The notes under the pieces were generated by a model. It was not told the origin of the DNA. It was given only the letters and a program-made list of their open reading frames with translations, and made no database searches. A stretch of DNA of 64,000 bases, taken from positions 744,001 to 808,000 of the forward strand of contig BROI01000003.1 in the NCBI GenBank assembly GCA_027923505.1. The letters are read 5' to 3'. This document shows positions 34,501-43,479 of this stretch, piece after piece (the stretch's first letter is position 1; each line of letters begins with the position of its first letter). Source of the stretch: Mayamaea pseudoterrestris. Taxonomy: Eukaryota. The position numbers and the translations under genes were made by a program.

Positions 34501-35505
34501 GGCTTGGCTTTATCAATGCTACTTCAACTTGCAGGGATGTTTCAGTGGTGCATTCGACAATCTGCTGAAGCTGTCAATCAAATGGTGAGCGTTGAACGAG
34601 TTTTGGCGTTTGGCGACCTCGAACCGGAGGCACCGCTTGTGCTTGACACCGACAAGGATGTGTTGGCGAATGGATGGCCGAAGCTTGGCGCTATGGAGGT
34701 TGAAGAGCTCTCGGTTCGTTATCGAGCCAGTTTACCATTGGCACTGGAAAAGATTAGCTTTTCGATTCCAGCTGGAGCACGAGTCGGTATTTGCGGAAGA
34801 ACAGGCGGAGGCAAATCCACCATTGTACAGACTCTGTTTCGCTTGCTGGAAGCCGAGCATGGAAGCATTGTTATTGACGGGCAAGATATTTCCAAGCTTG
34901 GTCTGCACACGCTGCGAGTGAACCTGGCAGTAATTCCCCAAGTCCCGACCTTATTTAGCGGCTGCACTGTCCGAGAAAATCTGGACCTATTCAATCTACA
35001 AACAGAAGATGCACTTCGACGTGTGCTTGAGGATTGTAATATGGCAGATGTGATTGATGCGTTGCCGTTGGGTTGGAACTCGGTCGTCAGCGAAAATGGA
35101 TCCAACTTCTCAGTAGGTCAGCGGCAGCTATTGTGCCTGGCTCGAGCGATTTTAAACAAAGCGAAGATACTCATACTAGATGAAGCCACAGCAAACATTG
35201 ATACTCGATCAGATCAGCTCTTGCATGAGGCTTTGAGCAAGGCGTTTCATGGCGGAACTATTTTAGCGGTTGCGCATCGACTGGACACTGTCATTGATAA
35301 TGATTTCGTCTTGGTTTTGGGAGGTGGCAAAGTACTGGAATTTGGAAATCCAGCGGATTTACTGCAAAGCAATGGAAGTTTTGCCAGCATGGTAGCTGAT
35401 ACTGGCGATACGAGTGCGAGCGACCTTCGACGACGCGCCTTTAAGAAACAGGCTGCTGCTAGTGCAAAAGTGCATGGCCACGAATTGACGACGATTGATG
35501 AGTGA
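31534..35505 (+). CDS. ABCC/MRP-type full ABC transporter
   Basis: Intronless TMD-NBD-TMD-NBD. Walker A GTVGAGKS and GRTGGGKS; CSGGQ, DDPLSAVD, FFDTNPLGR, FSVGQRQL, DEATAN. Confidence 0.95.
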   Translation: MCPANPKPWKQDSAAANAPDLSPATPTRPPNPYDTASWLSKLFFVWPYPLLKLGMKRPLVEIDLPQVTRVDESEYNRDYFLRLWKEEKERNPTAPNLHRLVAMDFFRSTWIVQPLMAIAAAARVVQAVVLGYLIAYFEGRNDSGWLWASMIVLCGIVVLFEHHHVFFLTWRKGMRIRIGCVAAIHDKALRLSSTHQDTSASYGRIMNLASNDVERFLLAALFVSHLIWAPLQALAILIVGCFLIGPSFAAGFALLLVVFVPLQFYLSRKFGYYRSRIAHITDQRVTFVSQAVRGVRVMKMSGYEDRFLERIMDYRSKEVHQISKANTLKSWNEALFFATNVTLSLVIFLVKVFTGGTLQSGDVFTVFTLVNILQLEMSKHVSLGVMAVSEVYVSIQRIQRFLEFPEQAKQLGSDIVKDIEVMADPVAISMSDVVCYWDDVNEMEQYVKEESSSTGESAGSYLALEKISVDFRKGELTAVIGTVGAGKSALLQAIVDELSVASGILRRRYESLSYACQDPWIMDGTVKENILMGANLDVNWYAQVVEACGLTIDFQQLRNGDETFVGDRGVQCSGGQRARIGLARAIYRDADVLVVDDPLSAVDAKVGRQLYNEAILGLAVSRGKCVILATHQHQYLSDVRCVLMQKGRVGFIGSYEECVKASGGEIHAHTADDTVDDLIEEETTEKSASMATEDDEKITSLVDDDNREIAQQGLVQSDTYLKYIKAMGGLWVGAALFVLFCVTQASVLVTMTYVGKWARRPSSEQDNWDIVGFIIGMGCLVIFFAIVRAYVSFQLTIKASQRLHDRMAKSVLRAKIEFFDTNPLGRVMNRFSADTGSNDDQLPPTLFDLFVIAFIVLGALILAVISLPFTLIAVPILGWYFWSVRRIFVTSSRELKRLEGLARSPIFAMLSESMGGIATIRANDSLEFFQDKFKVAHDAHTRAFFAFIAASRWVGFRMDSIVFLFVAIVSFLSVLFHSQNWFPLDPTVLGLALSMLLQLAGMFQWCIRQSAEAVNQMVSVERVLAFGDLEPEAPLVLDTDKDVLANGWPKLGAMEVEELSVRYRASLPLALEKISFSIPAGARVGICGRTGGGKSTIVQTLFRLLEAEHGSIVIDGQDISKLGLHTLRVNLAVIPQVPTLFSGCTVRENLDLFNLQTEDALRRVLEDCNMADVIDALPLGWNSVVSENGSNFSVGQRQLLCLARAILNKAKILILDEATANIDTRSDQLLHEALSKAFHGGTILAVAHRLDTVIDNDFVLVLGGGKVLEFGNPADLLQSNGSFASMVADTGDTSASDLRRRAFKKQAAASAKVHGHELTTIDE

Positions 35506-35747
35506 TCGACTCAGTCCGGACTAGTAGAAATCCGTGAATATACAAATACATAATGAATGAACGACCTGCACGATTGGTAGAAAGGCTGTAAACTTGGGTC
35601 CAAATGCTAGCCGACGATAGACTGACGACGCATGCAATAAGCTTTACAAAAACTTCCATAAAACAAGGTGCTTGCTGCTTTATTTACGTAAACATCAGTA
35701 GTCAAGATACTTACAATACTAATGCCATTAAAATATTTGTTCTCATC

Positions 35748-36416
35748 TCAAAGAACAATCATTTGCGGCAGAGCCTCCTTGTCCATTCCGAACTCCTCCG
35801 TCAACATGTGCGACAACTCCATGTACGTGCGCGGCGCCAGTTGAATTAGAGCCGAATTACCCTTTCGATTGGAGCTCCAATCGAGCCACTTGGCGTCAAT
35901 GAGTTTGTGAATGATTTGCTCCGCCGCTTGCAGCGTAACCTTGTTTGGATCATTGGCTTGGGAGCGCAAATTCAACAAAAATGCGAGCGGCTGAGGTTCC
36001 TCGACCAAATTCTCGAGTATAATTTTAATATAAGAAAACTCTCCGGGAAAAGTGCCTTGCATAAAACTCTTCTTGCCAATTTCGTCTGGATACGAGTTGA
36101 CCATGGCGTAGTACTTGATTGTACTGGTATTCGCTGTCGAATCCTGCGTCATGGCTGTCTCATCCTGATCAGTCTGACTCATGGACTGGGATGATCGCTT
36201 GTAGTTTTGGTTCTTCATGGCGATGCATCGAATTTCCAATCCAATGGAGCGAAGCTGAACGTTGCATTCCGAAATGGTATCGGCCATCGAGTCCGCTCCC
36301 ATGTCTTCCGTCTCGCGGAGCTGCTTCCACAGACCTAAAAGCTTTTGCTCCGGGAGACAATGCGCAGCCAAGAGACGCTGATTCAGCAGTTGCTGGCCGA
36401 CAGTAAGTGGTTCCAT
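35748..36416 (-). CDS. NSE1: Non-SMC element 1 (SMC5/6 complex)-like
   Basis: Pattern QQLLNQRLLA...INxQL..IGLEIR...YYAMVN...WL...LAPRTYMEL matches the Nse1 winged-helix region. Confidence 0.7.
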   Translation of the reverse strand: MEPLTVGQQLLNQRLLAAHCLPEQKLLGLWKQLRETEDMGADSMADTISECNVQLRSIGLEIRCIAMKNQNYKRSSQSMSQTDQDETAMTQDSTANTSTIKYYAMVNSYPDEIGKKSFMQGTFPGEFSYIKIILENLVEEPQPLAFLLNLRSQANDPNKVTLQAAEQIIHKLIDAKWLDWSSNRKGNSALIQLAPRTYMELSHMLTEEFGMDKEALPQMIVL

Positions 36417-36565
36417 GATGAGAATAAAGTTGAGGTGATGACTTTCCGACGTTCAATTTTTTGTGTTCCTCTCCATGGCGACTTTGGGGGTGCGTCTGTC
36501 GCTGCGGTACACGCATTAACGCTGTGACGTTCGCCAAATGCGACCACGACCCAGCGCACTTCACC

Positions 36566-37997
36566 ATGGAAATAATCGTCTCCCCTACGCCTCAGTCAAA
36601 GCATCGCATTTTTCACAGTAGCACCAGCAACAGCATGGCTCGCCCCTCGTTCTTTTCAAGAGTCATGCAAGCCCTCTTTTCATGTATCCGCTGGTTCTAC
36701 AATCATTTGCAATCATTCATTGAGCGCTGCACTTTAGAAACAATTACACTCGACTCTGGACGGACAGTCCGTCTCGGCCAGAAACTAGCGGAAGGCGGCT
36801 TTAGTATCGTATTTCAGGCGCGGGACGTTCAAACCAATAAGCTATATGCACTCAAACGTATCCAGTGTCACGACAACGAAATGCTCCATAACTGCTTGCG
36901 CGAGGCTGGAGTACATCGATCGCTTGATCATCCAAACTTGATGCCCCTGCTTGGACTGAAAGAGTCATCGAGCAGAAATAATTTACATGATAATTGTTGC
37001 TACATGCTGTTCCCGTTATGTACGCATTCACTTCGTGATGAAGTCAACCGACGAACCCAACTTATGGAGCGATCATCGACGTCTGACAACAACACTAGAT
37101 CACCATGGAAGGAAGTTACAGCGCTCCAAATCTTCTTGAATATCTGCCGAGGCGTCCAAGCCATGCATCAAGCCAATGTTTCGCATCGTGATATCAAATT
37201 AGAAAACAGAAAGTATTGAACGATGTCCGTGTTAAATCAAGTATCGTAATGGTCGCCTCATATTTCTCCTCTCTTTTTGCAGTTCTTTTTCAAGATTTTG
37301 CTGACAAACAACCAATTCTGATGGACTTTGGCTCCTGTGGAAGTTTGCTGCAGTCGATATCGGATCGAAGACAAGTCATGGTGCGTTGCGGCGACTCTTT
37401 TGGGTATTTAATTACCATGCACCGTTTCAAAAAAAGTGCACTCTTGCACTGATAGCCATCAATCGCCCTCACTGTTTTTTTGTTCATGCACAGAATATTG
37501 TTGAGAACGCTGCGGAGCATACGACCATGCCGTATCGACCGCCTGAGCTTTTCGAAGGAGGTGTCCGTGCCGGCGACGCTGATTTGGATTATAGAAAGGT
37601 AGACGTTTGGTCGCTGGGATGCACATTCTTCGCCATGCTTTACGGGGCGTCGCCATCGGAAGCAGAGTTCACCACGAGCGGAAGGAACATGGGCAAGCTG
37701 CGAGTTGTTGAATGCAGTCAGCTGAAAGTAATTGGACCGGTTCCGACCCCGCCTCTTGGATCTCCAGCCGCAAACTGGTACAGTGCAAGCACACAGCAAC
37801 TCATTGACTTCATGTTGACGCAAGACAGACACCAGCGACCAGAATTGAATCAAGTACTGAAGCGGGTGGAGCAATTGATTCGTGAAATGGGAGGAGTTAT
37901 AGAGCCCGAGGTATCGCATCGGAGAGCGAACAACTACCAGGATAATGTTGCGGACGACGACGGCATAGCCTTGCTTAGCACTAACCGACTACTTTAA
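36566..37997 (+). CDS. Ser/Thr protein kinase, NAK family (STK16-like)
   Basis: LAEGGFSIV, YALK, HRDIKLEN, MDFGS, TTMPYRPPEL, DVWSLG. Exons 36566 (or 36635)-37208, 37283-37380, 37494-37997. Confidence 0.9.
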
Positions 37998-38147
37998 CTA
38001 CGAATACAAACTCTTTTGTTCCTTCATTATAGAAAGCTCGCTTACTTGTTATATTAGTAGAAGTCGGCGTATCCTTGCCGTGCACCAGCGATTGATTTAA
38101 GAAATGTGGCTTTCTTCACTGACTTTATATTATATAAGTAGCTTCTG

Positions 38148-40862
38148 TTAGCATGGTTGCACTTCATCTTCGTCCATATGAACGGCGCCAATCTTCGACA
38201 TGTCAATGGATTTTTGCCCAAGACGATTCCGCCTCCTCGCTTCTTTCATCAACTGTAATTCCTCATCTCTTGAAGTCCGACTATTAAGCTCTTGGATTGC
38301 CTGATATCCATCAAAGGTCTTTTCGCTGTATCCGCTTGTGTCTACTGCAGTGGCAGCACCATTCACATGCATGATAGTAGCCGCATCTACATCACCATTT
38401 GCTGTATTTTCTGGCTTTTGACTGGACGAAGACGCCTTGCTGAAGTTATCTTTTCGTCGTTTCAATGAATCTTGAAATTCTCCCGGTGATGTATAGGGGG
38501 GCACTTCGACTTGCTCACCCGTCTCAGGAATTTTGTAATAGATGCGGAATCCCGGATCGGGAAGTTCAACCTTCTCCACGTAAGTAGGCATTTTCATCAC
38601 CTGTTTGGCCTTATTTTCCTTAATTTGCTGGTATAACTCTCGCATAGGCCTGCCGGTGTTATTAGTCGACATAGGCGATGCAGCGGTGGCATTCGCCGTC
38701 ACTCTCTGCGCCGGCGACGGCTGCGACAAAAGACCACTTAACAATGTTTCATCAATGCCTTTCGAACCAACTCGGTTGCGACGCATCGCTTCCCTCATCG
38801 ACTGCAATTCACTGCGTCGGTCATCATTTTTGTTTGATTGCTGAATGTCCTGGTAGCCATCGAACATTTGCTCGTTGTATTGCTTTATTGGAGCTGTCAG
38901 ATCTGGTGACAAAGGAGCCCGTACCGTCATAGGCGCCGAAGCTAACTCACTTTCGTAATTAATTGCAGGAACCGTCCAAGCATCAGCCGAGCCTTCGTAC
39001 GGTTCAAGCTGTGCTATGTGCTCTCTCCGTTCTATACGAGTAGTCTCCTCCTTAGCAATAGGTGTATCTCCGAATGTAAACGCCAGGGAGTCGTCTTGGC
39101 CCATTTGCGCCGCTCGCTCAAAGGAATCGTCTGAATCCGAATTGCTACCAAACAAGGATGCCCGATCACGCCCGCGCTCAGTGGCCGCGGAACGGGCTGT
39201 CGAATAAGATCCAAGCTCCGTTCCCACAGCGGCAGCTACACCAAATCCAGTCGTTCGCGAATGAATTGGATGCATGGAGGCTGCATATCGCGCATTAGCC
39301 GCCAACGCGGCTCCGCCTCCTGTTTCTGTGAAACGATCCCAGGCAAAAGCTTTTAACATTGCTTCATCCTCCATCGACAAGGGCTCACCCGCAATGAGCT
39401 GCGCTATTAATTCTCCCGTCTTGGGTGCAAGCAGAACGCCATTTCTCCAATATCCACCAGCAACAAATAAATTATTCCAAGGCGTTTGGCCAAGAATGGG
39501 TCCTTTGTCAGGAGTCGTAGGTCGCAATCCAGCCCATGTTTCTTCAATCGGCAGATCTTTCAAACCTGGAACGAGTTCGAGTGCGTAGGATAAAATGTGC
39601 AGCAGGCCTGCTGGCGTTACGTTCGAATCAAAGCTTCCAGCTTCTACAGTCGCTCCAATTACGATTCTTCCGTCAGCCTTTGGCACAATGTACGAGTCTT
39701 GCGCAAAAATGACTCGTCGGAGTAAGGGTGGTCGATCTGCTGGCATGCGGAGCGAAAGAGACTGTCCCTTGTGCGGCTGAAGGGGGACTGGCAGCAAGTT
39801 GCGCATCCAAGCGCCGTTCGCTACCAAGACCGTCTTGGCGCCCAGATACATTCCACTCTGCAACCAAACGCCGCGACACTCGCGATCCATCAAATCCAGC
39901 GAAGAAATCTCGTATTCACTTCCAAGCAGTAACTGTACACCCGATGCAATACACGCAGCCCGCAAACTCTTTGTCAATCGTCTAGCATCCACACTGGCGT
40001 CCTGCGGAAACCACCATCCACCGATCACATTTGGATGCAAATTTGGTTCCAGCTCACGAACCTGTGTGGCATCAAGCCAGGTGGCAGTTCCGCTGTCGGA
40101 AGGTGGCGCCCAAGTGGCGACCGAGTCGCCCGCCATGGCTGGCGCAAGGAAGCCACCGGTGTGCATGTAGCCGACGCTCCATGGCGTTGATTCTCCATCA
40201 TTTCCATTGCTTTGCTGTGAATTGCTGTTTCTACTGATATTACTGGGATCCTTTGTCAAATATTGAAAACCTTCACTTCCAGACTCTCTCGCAAGCGACT
40301 CGACCAAGTCACAAAAGTCTGAATACATGCTTCGACTCGCCAAGCACAAATCCAGCAAGGGACCTGGAGGGAGTCGTTCCGACTGCGGCGCCAGCATTCC
40401 CGCGGCAGCCATGCTTCCTACAGCAGTCTTGGACATTGTTTCGGCATCATTGGGGTCTTCGCGATCCAAAATGGTGACATGACGGGATGCATCAATTTGC
40501 GTCAAGTAAAGAGCTGCTGAAAGACCAGCGAGGCCGCCACCAATGATGACAACGTCACGCTGTTGACGCTGATTCTTGCCACGTCTGCGATTGTTATATG
40601 TCTTGCTAGTGTTCTTATTGTCGGTATTCTTGTCAGTACTGGAAAAAAGACGAGTCGACAAAGCAGTATATTCGTCGGTCGGCGAAGATCGCGAGGATTG
40701 GTGTCGAGAATCCGTCAACGAGGAAAATGACTTGCTTTGGAGCGTTTCACCCGCGATAAAGTTACATCTTCTGGCGTCTCTCTGTATTATAAAGCCTCTG
40801 GCACATGATGTAAACGATATGAAGAGGACTATCTGTCGCCAGTGACTAGCACGCAGCGCCAT
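38148..40862 (-). CDS. FAD-dependent glycine oxidase (ThiO-like), plastid-targeted, with long C-terminal extension
   Basis: IIGGGLAG, SMAAAGMLAPQSE, VPKADGRIVIGAT, WAGLRP, GGYWRNGVLLAP; signal peptide ending ARG-F. Confidence 0.85.
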   Translation of the reverse strand: MALRASHWRQIVLFISFTSCARGFIIQRDARRCNFIAGETLQSKSFSSLTDSRHQSSRSSPTDEYTALSTRLFSSTDKNTDNKNTSKTYNNRRRGKNQRQQRDVVIIGGGLAGLSAALYLTQIDASRHVTILDREDPNDAETMSKTAVGSMAAAGMLAPQSERLPPGPLLDLCLASRSMYSDFCDLVESLARESGSEGFQYLTKDPSNISRNSNSQQSNGNDGESTPWSVGYMHTGGFLAPAMAGDSVATWAPPSDSGTATWLDATQVRELEPNLHPNVIGGWWFPQDASVDARRLTKSLRAACIASGVQLLLGSEYEISSLDLMDRECRGVWLQSGMYLGAKTVLVANGAWMRNLLPVPLQPHKGQSLSLRMPADRPPLLRRVIFAQDSYIVPKADGRIVIGATVEAGSFDSNVTPAGLLHILSYALELVPGLKDLPIEETWAGLRPTTPDKGPILGQTPWNNLFVAGGYWRNGVLLAPKTGELIAQLIAGEPLSMEDEAMLKAFAWDRFTETGGGAALAANARYAASMHPIHSRTTGFGVAAAVGTELGSYSTARSAATERGRDRASLFGSNSDSDDSFERAAQMGQDDSLAFTFGDTPIAKEETTRIERREHIAQLEPYEGSADAWTVPAINYESELASAPMTVRAPLSPDLTAPIKQYNEQMFDGYQDIQQSNKNDDRRSELQSMREAMRRNRVGSKGIDETLLSGLLSQPSPAQRVTANATAASPMSTNNTGRPMRELYQQIKENKAKQVMKMPTYVEKVELPDPGFRIYYKIPETGEQVEVPPYTSPGEFQDSLKRRKDNFSKASSSSQKPENTANGDVDAATIMHVNGAATAVDTSGYSEKTFDGYQAIQELNSRTSRDEELQLMKEARRRNRLGQKSIDMSKIGAVHMDEDEVQPC

Positions 40863-41133
40863 GGTGTCGGGAAAGATTCGAACCGATTTTGTGATGGCAA
40901 GAATCGTGCCACAGACGGATGACGTACAGGCTAATCGTAGCGGTATTCAGACGTCGCAACGAGACCGACCGAAAAGAAGACGCGATGGAAATGGAAGACC
41001 ATCATCGAAAGCGCTAATGATTGAAATGACATGACACAATACATGCCTTATCTATTTGTAGATGAGGAGCAAACGATATACAGCCGATAGTATCGAGACA
41101 GATTTTGGACCACTCTTTGTCGCTTGTTGCATT

Positions 41134-43401
41134 ATGAAGCGACGCATCTTTCAATCGTCGCAGCGCAGACACATGGCGCACCTCGTTTCAATGCTAGCCA
41201 TTTTCAGCGGTGCCCAATATTCCGTCACAGCATTCATGCCTTCGCCTATTGTACAAAGGCATCCCGTCAAGTTTGGGACTTACTCGGGTCCGTCGCTGAT
41301 ATCGCTCTTCGACTCGCTTCCAATCAATTCTGATCCTTCCTTCTGGAACGCAACAACGAACCAAACTGTGAATCAAACGGTGAATCTGACAAAAATTGAG
41401 CCTGCAAGCATTACGCCGACTATTCTGCTGGATTCCAATTTACTATTTCAGGATAGCCTTGCAAAGAAAAAGAAGAGATCATTGTGGAAGCCATTAAAGG
41501 CCATTTTTTCATTCCTTCGAAGAAAAAAGAGTCCACAAGCAAGACATTCACAACAGGCTGGGAGCGCACTAGTCAATGCTACATCATCGATGAATGCTTC
41601 CACTTCCTCATTGCCAGCAGCAAGGCTAGTGAACGTAAGCAAGGCCGTTTTCGAGTCTAGGAACAAACGTAAGGTTGTTGCTGCGCCTACGAACGAAAGT
41701 GAGGCTGTCGTTCTGCCACCGGAAGAAAGCAAGGCAACAGCTATGCCTACGGAAGAAAGCAAGGCAACAGCCGTGCCTACGGAAGAAAGCAAGGCAACAG
41801 CTATGCCTACGGAAGTAAGCAAGGCAATAGCCCTGTCTACAGGCGACAGCAAGGCAGTCGTAGATGCACCAACAACAGCAGTCAAGAAGCCTCGCGGTCG
41901 CATTCGACGTCTCTTTCGACGCATTCAGCAATTTGCCTTCCTCGGTTGCGCCTTGTTTATTGTCTCGCCATTTATTCAAGGAGAAGTATCTATTTTTAAC
42001 CAGCCTTCTGCGCCAGCGCATTTGAAGCAAACGATTAGCCAGCATTATAATAGGCGACCACGTAACGATCGGACGCAAGCTACGAAACAGGATCTTCCCA
42101 AACAGGAAGCTGCTGCTGAAGACGGTAATAGCGAGGACGTGCATACCCAGGATGAGCCGACGATAGTTGAAAAGGCAATTGGAACTCCTCGTCCACAATC
42201 ATCCACTGCTATTGCTACTGAAGATAAAGCAAGCACAATGCAAGCTGATCAATTGGCAATGTCATCAAAGAGTGCTGACATATTGCAAGAGCGACGCGCC
42301 ACGGCTCTAGCTTTTATCACTGAAGCCGTGCAAAAGACTGGGCCAAGCGTCGTTCGCATCGACACGGAAACGCACATGCTCGATCAACAGGAAGGTCCGC
42401 TCTTGGCTCATCCACAGTCTCCACTGGTACAGCAAGGGCAGGGATCGGGTCTCATATTCTCGAGCAGTGGGTTGGTGTTGACGAATGCCCACGTAGTGGA
42501 TGGAGCTACTAAAGTGACGGTCACGCTTACAGATGGCCGCGTCTTTCAAGCGCAAGTCAAGGGAGTTGATGAAATCGTAGATATTGCAGTTATTCAGATA
42601 ATGCCGGTTGGTACTGGAGAAAGGAGTGTTGAGAATTTAAATCTTCCAGTGGCAGATCTTGGTGACAGCGACAAGCTCAGTGTGGGCCAGCTTGTGGTGG
42701 CAGTGGGTAGTCCCGGTGGACTTGACAATACCGTGACCATGGGAATAATATCGGGGTTGGAGCGCTCTTCCACTGTTGTCGGCATACCACACAAGAAGGT
42801 TCAGTACATTCAAACTGATGCGGCCATTAATCCTGGAAATTCCGGCGGCCCACTCGTCGACGTGGCAACGGGTCAGGTGATTGGAATTAATGCTGCTATA
42901 CGAGCGCACATGGAAGGGACCAGCTTTGCCATTCCGGTCAATCGAGTCCGCGATATTATGCATGATCTGGCAGAAGGCAGGCAGGTGCAGCATGGTTATT
43001 TAGGGATATCCATGGCGACGTGCACGCCTGACTGGGCACGGCAAAACAATTTACAAGCCGACGGCTCGCTGCATCTTCCAGAAGTGCATGGTGCGCTTGT
43101 CGCCAAGGTGTTTCCTCGAACTCCCGCCGACAGGGGAGGTCTAAGAGAGAATGACGTGGTAATACAAATTGGTACCAAGCGCGTTATGACGTCCGATGAT
43201 GCGCGAAGAATGATTGATGAGGCTCCTGTCGGAGAAATACTGACTGTCGTTGTCATGCGGAACAACAGAGAAATGCGCCTCCAAGTAGAGCCTGTTGACT
43301 TGGCGACGCGGCTAAAGCAAGTGCGAGAGGAACGGCAACGACAATTAAGTCAGGATCGCCTGCAATTTCAAGAGCTTGGGCCCTTTCGCTTGTACAGGTA
43401 G
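41134..43401 (+). CDS. Deg/HtrA serine protease with PDZ domain, probably plastid-targeted
   Basis: GSGLI, LTNAHVV, DIAV, TDAAINPGNSGGPL, C-terminal PDZ; signal VTA-F. Start is 41134 or 41173. Confidence 0.92.
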   Translation: MKRRIFQSSQRRHMAHLVSMLAIFSGAQYSVTAFMPSPIVQRHPVKFGTYSGPSLISLFDSLPINSDPSFWNATTNQTVNQTVNLTKIEPASITPTILLDSNLLFQDSLAKKKKRSLWKPLKAIFSFLRRKKSPQARHSQQAGSALVNATSSMNASTSSLPAARLVNVSKAVFESRNKRKVVAAPTNESEAVVLPPEESKATAMPTEESKATAVPTEESKATAMPTEVSKAIALSTGDSKAVVDAPTTAVKKPRGRIRRLFRRIQQFAFLGCALFIVSPFIQGEVSIFNQPSAPAHLKQTISQHYNRRPRNDRTQATKQDLPKQEAAAEDGNSEDVHTQDEPTIVEKAIGTPRPQSSTAIATEDKASTMQADQLAMSSKSADILQERRATALAFITEAVQKTGPSVVRIDTETHMLDQQEGPLLAHPQSPLVQQGQGSGLIFSSSGLVLTNAHVVDGATKVTVTLTDGRVFQAQVKGVDEIVDIAVIQIMPVGTGERSVENLNLPVADLGDSDKLSVGQLVVAVGSPGGLDNTVTMGIISGLERSSTVVGIPHKKVQYIQTDAAINPGNSGGPLVDVATGQVIGINAAIRAHMEGTSFAIPVNRVRDIMHDLAEGRQVQHGYLGISMATCTPDWARQNNLQADGSLHLPEVHGALVAKVFPRTPADRGGLRENDVVIQIGTKRVMTSDDARRMIDEAPVGEILTVVVMRNNREMRLQVEPVDLATRLKQVREERQRQLSQDRLQFQELGPFRLYR
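41714..41860 (+). repeat. 30-bp coding minisatellite (PTEESKATAM, about 5 copies)
   Basis: ggaagaaagcaaggcaacag repeats at a 30-bp period. Confidence 0.9.
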
Positions 43402-43479
43402 ATGTTTGTCTAAAATTTTAAGTTAAGAGTGATGCGGATTAGCGTTTGTCACAAATTTTAGATGCATTTACGGTACTTG

